Source: Spirochaetia bacterium (GTDB taxonomy: Bacteria > Spirochaetota > Spirochaetia > SZUA-6 > Bin103). Taken from it: 64,000 nt of DNA. A model generated the notes under the pieces. It was not told where the DNA came from. It did no database searches and saw only the letters and a list, made by a program, of their open reading frames with translations. This document shows positions 1-9,237 of this stretch, piece by piece; position 1 is the first letter of the stretch, and every line of letters starts with the position of its first letter. The position numbers were made by a program, and so were the translations under genes. Where the stretch lies: positions 1,824,001 to 1,888,000 of the forward strand of contig CBDAOI010000004.1 of assembly GCA_965198005.1 (NCBI GenBank). Direction: 5' to 3'.

Positions 1-381
1 TTCCCGGCCGGTCAGGATCGGCTCGGTCATGTTCTCCCACAGGACGGTCAGGAACGGTCCCTGCGCGCGGTCGCGGGTGCCGGTGTAGGTCACCGGAAAG
101 GTCACGCCCATCACGTTGTAGCCGCGCCCGGCCAGCCACTCGATCTGCTTCATGTGGGTCTGGGACACGGTCACCACCGGCTCCCCGTGCAGCGCGAATC
201 CCTCCGGCAGCAGCTCCTCGAGTTGCTCGGCATTGGTCAGGAAGCTGACCGAGTAGCTGGAGTTCGTGGGGTTGTCGCTGCAGGCATACCCCTTGCCGTC
301 GGGCCCGCGCCGCGGTCCCGTCATCGGTCCGAAGTGGGTGGGCATGAGATACATCACGCCCGGCTGAAACTTGTAAGCCAC
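1..381 (-). CDS. Acetoacetate decarboxylase (ADC)-family protein, runs off the left edge
   Basis: Not in the ORF track. Manual translation from GTG 381 (RBS AGAGGAG upstream) gives VAYKFQPGVMYLMPTHFGP...IEWLAGRGYN...LWENMTEPILTGRE; the GRE motif is typical of the ADC superfamily. Confidence 0.75.
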   Translation of the reverse strand, partial: MAYKFQPGVMYLMPTHFGPMTGPRRGPDGKGYACSDNPTNSSYSVSFLTNAEQLEELLPEGFALHGEPVVTVSQTHMKQIEWLAGRGYNVMGVTFPVTYTGTRDRAQGPFLTVLWENMTEPILTGRE

Positions 382-477
382 TAATAATCTCCTCTCTTGG
401 CTTGATTTTTGTTGTCCCGGTAGCGGCGGGTCAGACGCGCCGTCGGACCCGCGCGGCGTCAGGCGTCATCGATCGTG

Positions 478-1542
478 TCATCGATCGTCATCAGGCGTGG
501 CGTCCGCTTCCCCGCTCTGGTCCGCCTCGCCGCCGTCGTCATCATCGTCCTCGTCGTAGTCCTCGTCCTCGTCCTCGTCATATTCGCCGTCGTCGTCCTC
601 GTCCAGCTCGTCGTCGTCCGCCTCGTCCTCCTGCGTGGTCAGCTCCAGGAAGATCTCCTCAAGGCTCATGGCGACGGTCTGCATCGCCAGCAGGGTCCAG
701 CCGCGTTCGACGATGGCACTGGTGATGGCGGCCTGCGGTTCCTGGTCCGCCTCGAACTCGACGACGTGATGCGGGGCGCGATAGTTCACGGCGTGCACGC
801 CGGGCAGCTCCTGCAAGCGGTCGGTGACCTGCTCGGGCGGTCCCTTCACCGTCAGGCGGAGCTGCTCGCCGCCCTTTATAATGGAAGAAAGGTTCTCGAT
901 CCGGTCCTCCGCCACGATCCGACCCTCGTGGATGATGATCACCCGCTCGCAGATCATGCTCACCTCGGGCAGGATGTGGGTGGACAGCAGGATGGTGTGC
1001 TCCTGGCCGAGATCCTTGATGAGCTGCCGGGTCTGGGCCACCTGGATCGGGTCGATCCCGACCGTGGGCTCGTCGAGAATCAGCACGTCGGGCTCGTGGA
1101 TGATCGCCTGCGCCAAGCCGACGCGCTGGCGGAACCCCTTCGACAGCTTGGACAGGAGCACGTCGCGGTACTCCTCGATGGCGCAGATCTCGATCACTTC
1201 GTCAATGCGGCGGCGCGCCGTGGCCTTGTCCAGACCGCGCAGCCGTGCCGCGAACTCAAGGTAGCTGCGGGTGTTCATGTCAGTATAGAGCGGCACGACC
1301 TCCGGCAGGTAGCCGATGTGGCGCCGCCCCTCGACCGAATGGGTGGCCATGTTGTGCTCGCCCACCCAGACGTCGCCGCGGGTCGGCATGAGCACGCCGG
1401 TGATGATGCGCATGGTGGTCGACTTCCCCGCGCCGTTGGGGCCGAGAAAGCCGACGATCTCGCCCTGCTCGACGTTGAAGCCGATGTCGTCGACCGCCAA
1501 GCGTTCGCCGTAGTACTTGGTGAGGTTCTCAATCCGAATCAT
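478..1542 (-). CDS. ABC transporter ATP-binding protein (GldA/ABC-2 type) with acidic C-terminal tail
   Basis: Walker A GPNGAGKS, signature LSKGFRQR, Walker B ILDEP; D/E-rich tail. Confidence 0.9.
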   Translation of the reverse strand: MIRIENLTKYYGERLAVDDIGFNVEQGEIVGFLGPNGAGKSTTMRIITGVLMPTRGDVWVGEHNMATHSVEGRRHIGYLPEVVPLYTDMNTRSYLEFAARLRGLDKATARRRIDEVIEICAIEEYRDVLLSKLSKGFRQRVGLAQAIIHEPDVLILDEPTVGIDPIQVAQTRQLIKDLGQEHTILLSTHILPEVSMICERVIIIHEGRIVAEDRIENLSSIIKGGEQLRLTVKGPPEQVTDRLQELPGVHAVNYRAPHHVVEFEADQEPQAAITSAIVERGWTLLAMQTVAMSLEEIFLELTTQEDEADDDELDEDDDGEYDEDEDEDYDEDDDDDGGEADQSGEADATPDDDR

Positions 1543-1749
1543 GGTTGGCTGTGGATCCCTCCGCGGTTGTCATGTGTAATGCCAGCCGACAGTATAGCGC
1601 GATACGGCCGCACTGTCCGCCGCAATGATCGCAATGATAACGCTAGCGGCGCCCGTGGTCGACATGAGTTTGCCTTTCCGTTATCCTGGGCCGCGACAAT
1701 CCCCCATGAATCCCCCATGGCTTGAGTTCCGAGGAGATCGCATCTCACA

Positions 1750-3405
1750 ATGACCGGTTTCGAATACATCGTCCGTATCCTCCAGGAAGAGGGGATCGAG
1801 TGGCTCGCCTGTTTCCCCAGCAACCCGATTATCGACCACGCCGCGCTGCGCGGGCTGCGGCCCGTGATGTTCCGCCACGAGCGCGGCGCCGTGATGGCGG
1901 CGGACGGCTACAGCCGCACCAGCAGCCGCCGGCGGTTCGGCGTGGTGGCCGTGCAGGCGCAGGCGGGCGCGGAGAACTCGGTGGGCGGGCTGGCCCAGGC
2001 GGCCGCCGACAACGTGCCGATCCTGTTCCTGGTGGCAGGCAACCCGCTCAACCGCGTCACGCGGCCGAACTTCTCGGCCGCCCGGGTCTATCCGGACGTG
2101 GCCAAGTCGGTGGAGACGGTGCTGCGCATCGACGAGCTGGCCAACGTGATGCGGCGGGCGTTCCACGCGCTGCGCAGCGGGCCGCCGGGACCGGTGGTGG
2201 TGGAGGTGTCGGAGGACGTGTGCGCGCAGGAGGTGCCGCCCGCGGCCTGCAACTACCGCTCGCCGCGGCCCGCCCGCCAGGCGCCCGCCGCGGCCGACGT
2301 GGCCGCCGCCGCCGCCTTGCTGCGCGATGCCAAGCGGCCGGCAATCTGGGCGGGCGCCGGGGTGCTGGCGGCCCAGGCCAGCGCCGACCTGGTGCGGCTG
2401 GCGGAGCTGCTGCCGGCGCCGGTGTTCTGCACCATGCCCGGCAAGTCGGCCATGCCCGAGACCCATCCGCTGGCGCTCGGCGCCGGCAGCAGGGCGACCA
2501 CGCTGCCCGCGCGCCGCTGGCTGACCGAGTGCGACGTGCTGCTCGCGGTCGGCGCCAGCCTCACGCGCACGTTCTACGCCCAGCCCGTGCCGCCCGCGGC
2601 GACGCTGATTCATAACAGCATCGACCCGGCGGACGTCAACAAGGACGAGGCGGCTGCGGTCGGGCTGGTGGGGGACGCCGGACTCACCCTGCAGGCGCTG
2701 ATCGCCGAGCTGCAGGACGGCGCCGCCGGAGCCGCCGCGAATGCCGACGCGGTGGAGCGGCTGGCGGCGGAGGTGGCCGCGACGCGCGCGCAGTGGATGG
2801 CCACCTGGGGCCCGATTCTCACCTCCGACGAGCAGCCGCTCAGCTACTACCGGGTGGTGCACGCCCTGAACGAGGTGCTGGATGCGGACGCGAGCATCGT
2901 CACCCACGACGCCGGCGCGCCGCGCGACTGTCTGGTACCCTTCTACCGCGCCACGGTCCCGTACAGCTACGTGGGGTGGGGGAAGACCACCCACCTGGGG
3001 TTCGGCCTGCCGCTCGTGATCGGGGCCAAGCTGGCCCACCCGGACAAGTTCTGCCTGAACGTGATGGGCGATGGCGCGTTCGGGATGTCCGGCCTGGACC
3101 TGGAGACGGCGGTGCGGGCGCAGATCCCGATCACCACCGTGCTGCTGCGCAACCGCGCCATGGCCACCTACGCCGCCCGCCTCGCCGATCCGCTGTGGCA
3201 GGCGGCGCTGGCCGCCGGCGTGGGCACCTTCGGCGGCGACTATGCCGGCGTGGCGGAGTCGCTCGGCGGCACCGGGATCAGGGTGCGCACCGCCCCCGAG
3301 CTGCACGCCGCGCTGGAGCAGGCCCAGCGCCTGAACGCCGCCGGCACCACCGTGCTGATCGACGTCGAGACCAACGTGGAGGCCCGCCGCTCCCCGGACG
3401 GCTAG
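1750..3405 (+). CDS. Thiamine pyrophosphate-dependent enzyme (acetolactate synthase-like)
   Basis: RHERGAVMAADGY, GPPGPV and GDGAFGM...N TPP motif; RBS GAGGAG. Confidence 0.9.
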   Translation: MTGFEYIVRILQEEGIEWLACFPSNPIIDHAALRGLRPVMFRHERGAVMAADGYSRTSSRRRFGVVAVQAQAGAENSVGGLAQAAADNVPILFLVAGNPLNRVTRPNFSAARVYPDVAKSVETVLRIDELANVMRRAFHALRSGPPGPVVVEVSEDVCAQEVPPAACNYRSPRPARQAPAAADVAAAAALLRDAKRPAIWAGAGVLAAQASADLVRLAELLPAPVFCTMPGKSAMPETHPLALGAGSRATTLPARRWLTECDVLLAVGASLTRTFYAQPVPPAATLIHNSIDPADVNKDEAAAVGLVGDAGLTLQALIAELQDGAAGAAANADAVERLAAEVAATRAQWMATWGPILTSDEQPLSYYRVVHALNEVLDADASIVTHDAGAPRDCLVPFYRATVPYSYVGWGKTTHLGFGLPLVIGAKLAHPDKFCLNVMGDGAFGMSGLDLETAVRAQIPITTVLLRNRAMATYAARLADPLWQAALAAGVGTFGGDYAGVAESLGGTGIRVRTAPELHAALEQAQRLNAAGTTVLIDVETNVEARRSPDG

Positions 3406-3436
3406 CGCCGTAGTGCGGCATTGCGGTATGCTCGGC

Positions 3437-3465
3437 TTGACCGTCCGGCGTCACGGGGGTAAACT
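3437..3465 (+). promoter_or_regulatory. Putative sigma70 promoter pointing into the intergenic low-GC region
   Basis: TTGACC (3437-3442), 17-nt spacer, TAAACT (3460-3465). Confidence 0.55.
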
Positions 3466-3471
3466 TCAGTC

Positions 3472-3750
3472 ATAGGTTTCGCGCGGATATCGAAATCCCG
3501 GTGCTTCGTGCACTGCGGAGTGGAGATTCCCTTGCGGAGTTCCTGACCTTGATGTGTTGCGTCAAGTCAAGGAGCGCGGTCAAGAGGCCAGAGCGAGGAC
3601 CTGGACGGGCCCGTCCTCTCCTCGTTAGCTAGCTTGGCTTAAAGGCGTGGAGACGAGAGATTGCGCAAAAATTTTTGTTAACGCGCATCCGTCGCTAACC
3701 TTGGCAACGAAGAATAGAGTAGCCGCGTCTTTTCTGGCGCGGCTATTTTC
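3472..3750 (+). ncRNA. Candidate ~280-nt structured RNA (or short-peptide transcript)
   Basis: Lies between the promoter above and a plus-oriented terminator; hairpin CTTGATG/CGTCAAG at 3548-3566; perfect palindrome GGACGGGCCCGTCC at 3603-3616; no convincing ORF. Confidence 0.3.
3720..3750 (+). terminator. Intrinsic terminator (possibly bidirectional)
   Basis: TAGCCGCGTC-TTTTCT-GGCGCGGCTA followed by TTTTC; the G.U pair forms only in the + transcript. Confidence 0.6.
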
Positions 3751-4637
3751 TATCTCACGTTGTCGTTCGGTGCAACGTTCACGTGCAACCGACCTGCGGG
3801 AATACTCTGAGGCTCGTGGCAGCCCGGGAAGGTCATGTGCCTCCGCGGTATTTCGCAGTCGTAGTGAAAGCGTGGATCAAAGGATACGCCGAACCGCAGT
3901 CGACCTCGTATCACGCATGACGAATCGTGGGTTCCATCACGCCAGAGCGGAGCCAAACCATGGCGGCTAATTTTTCCGGGACACTTGAATACGACGTTGC
4001 CATCTCCGACAAAGTACTTTCGTTCGCGCTTGCGAAGCAGGGAGGATACGTGCTTCAGGCTCTTTCTGAACTTGTCTTCTCCTTCTCGGTTTCGGACAGC
4101 CTGCCGTATTGGTTCACGGATATCAGAAAACGCATTTCCGAACGTCTTTGGCGGGAGCAAGAGGCATGTCCTGTTGTCCCGATTCGTTACTTCTTCGGCA
4201 ATCACATGTAGCAATCCCCGCGTTTGTCGGAGGGCTCGATTGATCTCCTTGATCCACATGTTCATTATTCGATTGCGTTGGTTGGACGTGACCATTCTCA
4301 TGCTGCCCATACTTTTGACGTGCAGCGGCAAGAGGAGGGCCTCAAGGCCGAATCCATGAAGCAACCTGCTGTCGCTCCCGTCAGATTCTTCGGCGTAGAG
4401 GACAATGAGGTTCGCATTGGTCAATAGGTTCTCGCGCTGCGCAGGCTGATGCTGCCTAAGTTCGCATGCAACGCGTTCATACAGCTTCGAGACGTAATCG
4501 TCGGTGTAACGTTCCGGATATGGAAGACCTCGCAAGGGAAGGAACACTTCCGGACGTGTCTTCCGGAGAGGAGCAGCGAGACGGTCCAGGATCGCAGGCT
4601 GAACGCCCGCTATCACAACGTAGACCTTCCGCTTCAC
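3750..4637 (-). CDS. Hypothetical protein, 295 aa, with His/Cys-rich C-terminal region
   Basis: Long ORF in low-GC DNA; GTGA overlap with the upstream gene; motifs RHG, RFG, FHYDC, CH, HVNVAPND. Confidence 0.75.
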   Translation of the reverse strand: MKRKVYVVIAGVQPAILDRLAAPLRKTRPEVFLPLRGLPYPERYTDDYVSKLYERVACELRQHQPAQRENLLTNANLIVLYAEESDGSDSRLLHGFGLEALLLPLHVKSMGSMRMVTSNQRNRIMNMWIKEINRALRQTRGLLHVIAEEVTNRDNRTCLLLPPKTFGNAFSDIREPIRQAVRNREGEDKFRKSLKHVSSLLRKRERKYFVGDGNVVFKCPGKISRHGLAPLWRDGTHDSSCVIRGRLRFGVSFDPRFHYDCEIPRRHMTFPGCHEPQSIPAGRLHVNVAPNDNVR

Positions 4638-5326
4638 GGAGACTGCCGCCGCAATTTGGAAACTACGTCTAGTGGCATAGTGACTCGTTCAAGTTCGCTG
4701 GTTTCGAGAGTATCCAATAATCGGTCGAGCAGATCACGGGGTTGTTCGGTTGACTTTCCCGAACTCAGATAGATTCTTGATTCAATTCCAGAGCGATCAA
4801 GCCAGTCCTGTGCCGCCTGCTGAACGTGGTTGGAGTCAGCCTCCGGACCCACTATGTATTCTCGCTGTATTTCTACGAATCCATCCGGTTTCTCAGCCGA
4901 AGCTGAATCTCGAAATCGCACGGGTTCATGGATGCTTATGAAACGGCTCTCGCATTTGTCTATCGGTTTGCGAAATGCGGCCCAGAAAGCGGGGTGGAAA
5001 CGCAGCACCGTGTTTGCCGTCTTGCTCTGCGTTTTCTCCAGCAGAATGTCGCCCCCCCCTTCTTCAAGCAAGTCCACGCCCATCGGTATAGCTCCGACCA
5101 ACTGGCTCTTTGATTGATGTTGCACGACTCGCACTTGATCGGAAAGGTGACGTTCCAAGTATTCCCGCAAGCTGCTCGAGTATTGTCTCGTAAGCTTGGA
5201 TATTTCTCCATCGTCTTGAAGCCCCAGACGGCTCAAGAGCAGGGGCACCCTGTTGGTTTCCCAGTACTCGGTAACCGACCGAATGATACGACGGTTGAGA
5301 TCGTCAGTACTCATGTTCGTCACCAT
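4634..5326 (-). CDS. Hypothetical protein, 230 aa; N-terminus resembles an OST-HTH/LOTUS-like winged helix
   Basis: Long ORF in low-GC DNA; PLLLSRLG...SLREYL pattern; extended -10 TGGTATAAT immediately upstream. Confidence 0.7.
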   Translation of the reverse strand: MVTNMSTDDLNRRIIRSVTEYWETNRVPLLLSRLGLQDDGEISKLTRQYSSSLREYLERHLSDQVRVVQHQSKSQLVGAIPMGVDLLEEGGGDILLEKTQSKTANTVLRFHPAFWAAFRKPIDKCESRFISIHEPVRFRDSASAEKPDGFVEIQREYIVGPEADSNHVQQAAQDWLDRSGIESRIYLSSGKSTEQPRDLLDRLLDTLETSELERVTMPLDVVSKLRRQSP

Positions 5327-5334
5327 ATCGGTAG

Positions 5335-5343
5335 ATTATACCA
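5335..5343 (-). promoter_or_regulatory. Extended -10 promoter of the two-gene islet
   Basis: TG-G-TATAAT, 8 nt before ATG 5326. Confidence 0.6.
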
Positions 5344-5385
5344 CGTCCTATCACAGTTTGGTAGCGAAGGTAGCGAAGGGCTAGC

Positions 5386-6171
5386 CTAGTGCATGGTGGA
5401 GCCGCCGGAGAGGTTGAGGGACTGGCCGGTCATGCCGCGGGCGTCGTCGGAGGCGAGGTAGACGGCCAGGCCGGCGATCTCGTCTGGTTCGAGCAGGCGG
5501 CCGATGGGGTTTGCGTCGGCCTCGCGCTGGGCGAGCGTCACGCCGCTCAGTTCCGCTTCGAACTGGAGCCGCCGCATCAGCATCACGGTGCGCGTGGCGC
5601 CCGGGCAGATGGCGTTGATCGTGACGCCGCGGCCGGCGGTTTCCAGCGCCGCGGTGCGCGTGAGCCCGATCAGGGCGTGCTTGGTCGCGGTGTAGGCGCC
5701 GGCTGCCACCAAGCCGCGCTTGCCGGCCACCGACGCCATGTTGATCACCCGGCCCCAGCCGCGTTCCGCCATCGCCGGCACCAGCGCCTTGGTCAGGAGG
5801 TAGGGCGCGGTGAGGTTGATCGCGATGCTCAAGTCCCAGAAGTCGTCGTCGTAGTCCACGATCCGGCGCGGGTTCGAGCTGCTGCCGAGCCCGGCGTTGT
5901 TGACCAGGATGTCCACCGCCGGGAAGTGGCGGGCCACGCGCTCCGGCAACCCGATCGTGGCCGCGCGGTCGCTCAGATCGACCGCCAGCGCCACCGCCGA
6001 GCGGCCCAGGGCGGTGACCTCGGCCGCGACTTGCTCGATCTCGGCGACGGTGCGCGCGGTCACCGCCACGTCCGCCCCTTCGCGCGCGAATGCCAGCGCG
6101 ATGGCGCGTCCGATGCCGCGTCCGGCGCCGGTCACCAGCGCCACCCGGTTCTGCAATTTCATACCACTCAT
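5386..6171 (-). CDS. SDR family oxidoreductase
   Basis: TGAGRGIG, NNAG, YTATK. Confidence 0.92.
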   Translation of the reverse strand: MSGMKLQNRVALVTGAGRGIGRAIALAFAREGADVAVTARTVAEIEQVAAEVTALGRSAVALAVDLSDRAATIGLPERVARHFPAVDILVNNAGLGSSSNPRRIVDYDDDFWDLSIAINLTAPYLLTKALVPAMAERGWGRVINMASVAGKRGLVAAGAYTATKHALIGLTRTAALETAGRGVTINAICPGATRTVMLMRRLQFEAELSGVTLAQREADANPIGRLLEPDEIAGLAVYLASDDARGMTGQSLNLSGGSTMH

Positions 6172-6242
6172 TGAGTCGTATTCTCGGCAATCCTACATCG
6201 GCGGTAAAGGGCGGACGGGAGCAAGGGAAGCGGGCGGGGCGG

Positions 6243-8180
6243 TCAGGAGCGAGTGGCTGCTGCTGCCGAGGCGGCGGCGGCAGCCGCGGTGCCGTCGAAG
6301 TGGGTGAGCGCCCGCTCGAACGCGGCGATGCCGATGCTGGCGCCGAGACGGCGGCCCGGCAGGTCGTCCACGCGCGGATGGATGCCGCCGTACAGGCGCG
6401 AGATCGCGGCCTCGTCGGCGGCGTCGTAGTAGGTCGCCCACTGCATGGTGAGGGTCTCGGTCGGGCCCGACTCGAAGGCCAGAAAGTCGTGCGCGGGGGC
6501 GACGAACTCGCCCAGGCCGCCGGGAAAGAACTCGCTGCCGGTGAAGTTGGCCAGCACCTCCGCCGCCGCGCGGCTGAACGTGCTGTGACCCGACACGTAG
6601 CCGGCGAAGGGTGGGGTGACGAAGCTGTCGCGCTGGTACGGGACCCAGTCGACCGCCCGCATCCAGCCGACGCCGCCGTAGGAATCGGGGTCGTCCGGCT
6701 TGCCGCGCCAAGCCAGGGCCGCGACCTCGCCCACGAATCCCGCCAAGTGCTCGTGGCGCTCGCCCGGCGCCGCGCTGTCGGCGGTGATCAACTCCACCAG
6801 CCCCGGTTCCAGCGGCAGGCCGTGCGGGTGGTAGGCGGGCAGCTCCGAGTCGGATGACTGACCCAGTTCCGCCATCCGGCGGATCGCGGTGATCGGCCGC
6901 ACGTAGTCGTAGTGGCCCTTGATGCCCCAGGCGCAGATCGCGGCATCGTGCACCGCGCCGTTGAGCGCGAGATAGAGCTTGACGTCCCATTCCAGCGGGT
7001 CGAGCACGGGGCCGGTGCCGCCGAGGCGCCGTTCCAGCAGCGGGTGGTCGGTGACGTAGTTGGCCAGGGTGTTCCAATGCCCGGGCGGCAGCTCCGATTC
7101 GGGTCCGTCGGCCCAGAACTCGGCGATGCCCCGGGTCCAGTCGCCGCGCTTGACGACGTTGGGGGCATACGGCTGACCGGTGACCGGGTTCAGCGGACGG
7201 CCGGTGCCGTCGTTGGCGCCGAGGCTGTTGTTGCCGTGCGCGCCGGGCGAGATGTCGATCAGCACGCCGTCGTCGGGGGTGAGGGTGGCGCCGTAGCGGA
7301 TCACCTCGGTGAACACCTCCTGGTACTCGGCGCTGCCCTCGCCGCCGAGTTGGGGGGGCGGTCCCGGGTCGTAGTACACGCCGGGGGCGCCGCGATCGCC
7401 GGCCGGCAGCGCGAACGGGATGACGTGCCCCCAGTGCGAGCCGACGAACCGTTGCACCGATCCGGGCTCCACGTTGCCCGCTTGGTCGATGCGCAGGGCC
7501 AACGACAGCGGCTGCCAGCGGTTGGGATCGACTACGCCGCCGGTGCCCGGGTTCGCCACCACCAGCGGGGCATTGACCGGAACGTAGCCGTACTCGAAGG
7601 CGTAGGTGCCGAGCTCGTCCGCGCCGTCGTCGTAGCCGTGGTCGAGCACCAGCTTGGCGATGCGGTTGCCCACCGCCGCCGGATCGTCGCCCTCCAGCCG
7701 GACGTCGGTGTAGTCGTAGCCGAACGAGTCGAACAGCTCGTCGAACCTGGGCACCGTGAGGTAGGCGCCGGGCGAGATCAGGTAGCGCGCGTACAGCACG
7801 CGGTAGGCGGCGTAGCTGATCGCTTCGTGGCGGGCGGCGGCTACGTCGTCGGCGGTCACGCGCCAGTCGGCCAGCACCGGCTGCGCGTGCTCGTCGTACA
7901 CCGCCCAGGCGTCCCACATCGCCACCGACACGTGGTAGAGGTTGCGCGCGTGAATCGTGGGAAACGCGTAGTCCTTGCGGATGGCCTGCAACTGCAGCTC
8001 GTTCCACTGGCGCGCGATCGAGTGCGGCTCGGCGCCCAGCGGCGTCGCGATGGCGGCCGCCAGCAGCAGCCCGGCGCCGCGCCAGGCCCGGCGACCGCAC
8101 CGCGCGGCCCCGCAGGCGGCGGTCATCGTCGGAGTCGCGCCGCCGCCAACGCGGCGCCTCCCGGTTCCCGCGTACCGCAT
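6243..8180 (-). CDS. Vanadium-dependent haloperoxidase (PAP2 superfamily), probably exported
   Basis: WGIKGHYDYVRP, PPFAGYVSGHST and SRLYGGIH vanadate-binding motifs; hydrophobic signal-like segment; TGATAGAAT 6 nt before the ATG. Confidence 0.85.
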   Translation of the reverse strand: MRYAGTGRRRVGGGATPTMTAACGAARCGRRAWRGAGLLLAAAIATPLGAEPHSIARQWNELQLQAIRKDYAFPTIHARNLYHVSVAMWDAWAVYDEHAQPVLADWRVTADDVAAARHEAISYAAYRVLYARYLISPGAYLTVPRFDELFDSFGYDYTDVRLEGDDPAAVGNRIAKLVLDHGYDDGADELGTYAFEYGYVPVNAPLVVANPGTGGVVDPNRWQPLSLALRIDQAGNVEPGSVQRFVGSHWGHVIPFALPAGDRGAPGVYYDPGPPPQLGGEGSAEYQEVFTEVIRYGATLTPDDGVLIDISPGAHGNNSLGANDGTGRPLNPVTGQPYAPNVVKRGDWTRGIAEFWADGPESELPPGHWNTLANYVTDHPLLERRLGGTGPVLDPLEWDVKLYLALNGAVHDAAICAWGIKGHYDYVRPITAIRRMAELGQSSDSELPAYHPHGLPLEPGLVELITADSAAPGERHEHLAGFVGEVAALAWRGKPDDPDSYGGVGWMRAVDWVPYQRDSFVTPPFAGYVSGHSTFSRAAAEVLANFTGSEFFPGGLGEFVAPAHDFLAFESGPTETLTMQWATYYDAADEAAISRLYGGIHPRVDDLPGRRLGASIGIAAFERALTHFDGTAAAAAASAAAATRS

Positions 8181-8209
8181 TTGGCCATTCTATCAGCGGG
8201 TGGCGAGAG

Positions 8210-8363
8210 TTGCCAACTGGAGATAGCATACTTTCTCATTGCCCCCGATGGGCCGACATCGTATTCTCCCTGGTGGAAGTCCCGGTCCTTTGCGGGCTAC
8301 GAGCCGACGGACCGGGATGAGTTCGTCGTGAGATGTTCCCTGTTACAAGGAGAGGAAGAATGA
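8210..8363 (+). pseudogene. Probable 3' remnant of a gene co-acquired with the downstream SDR
   Basis: Open frame QLEIAYFLIAPDGPTSYSPWWKSRSFAGYEPTDRDEFVVRCSLLQGEEE* ends in an ATGA overlap with the SDR start; no start codon of its own. Confidence 0.4.
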
Positions 8364-9205
8364 GAGACATCAAAGATAAAGTCGCAGTGATCACCGGCGC
8401 GGGGCGCGGCATCGGCCGCGGGATCGCCCTCCACTGCGCCAAGCAAGGGATGAAGGTTGTTTTGGCCGGATTCGGGATGGAATCGCTCACCAAGACCGCC
8501 GCCGACCTGGAGGCGCTGGGGGCCGAGACGCTGATCGTCCAGACGGATGTATCCCAGGTAGAACAGGTGGAAAATCTGGCAGCAGCCACGATCGAAGCCT
8601 TTGGGCAGGTCGACCTGCTGGTGAACAACGCCGGGGTCGCGCAGCCGGGCAAGACACTGGAGATCACACTGGACGACTGGAACTGGGTAATGGGGGTCAA
8701 TTTTTACGGGGTGCTCTATGGCCTGCGTGCATTCGTCCCCCGCATGATCAAACGGAAGCAGCCCAGTCATGTGGTCAATGTCTCATCCCTTTCCGGCGTG
8801 CTCCCGGGGGGCGGGTCGTATGGGGTCTCGAAACATGCAGTGGTGGTCCTGACCGAGTCGCTCTATCACGATTTGGCCGAGTCGGCGCCCCACGTCAAGG
8901 TTTCGGTGCTCTGCCCGGGATGGGTGGCGACCGAGTTTTACCGCGTGGATCAATCTCGTCCGGAGCGTTTCAAAGGGGAGACGACCGAGGTGACCGAGAA
9001 GCACCGGGAGAATTGGCGCGGGTGGCTGGCCGCAGGAATCACGACTGACCAGGCGGCGCAGATCCTCTTCGACGGCCTGGCGCAAGACCAGCTGTACATC
9101 GGCCTCCAGGGCTTCCGGGAAGCGGGACAGGATGTCGGAGAAAAGGTCAAGAACCGGGCTGAGAATATTGTCCAGGAGAAGAACCCGCTTATCTCGTCAT
9201 CCTGA
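8360..9205 (+). CDS. SDR family oxidoreductase
   Basis: TGAGRGIG, NNAG, YGVSK; RBS AGGAGAGG before ATG 8360; codon usage less GC-extreme than the backbone. Confidence 0.9.
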   Translation: MRDIKDKVAVITGAGRGIGRGIALHCAKQGMKVVLAGFGMESLTKTAADLEALGAETLIVQTDVSQVEQVENLAAATIEAFGQVDLLVNNAGVAQPGKTLEITLDDWNWVMGVNFYGVLYGLRAFVPRMIKRKQPSHVVNVSSLSGVLPGGGSYGVSKHAVVVLTESLYHDLAESAPHVKVSVLCPGWVATEFYRVDQSRPERFKGETTEVTEKHRENWRGWLAAGITTDQAAQILFDGLAQDQLYIGLQGFREAGQDVGEKVKNRAENIVQEKNPLISSS

Positions 9206-9237
9206 GCGGCGAGGCACTAGCCGCCACGTCGGCGCGC

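Noticed and set aside
3437-3750. Retron msr/msd, riboswitch or type III TA repeat RNA
   Set aside because: No reverse transcriptase nearby, no recognisable riboswitch core, no tandem repeats; kept only as an unassigned RNA candidate
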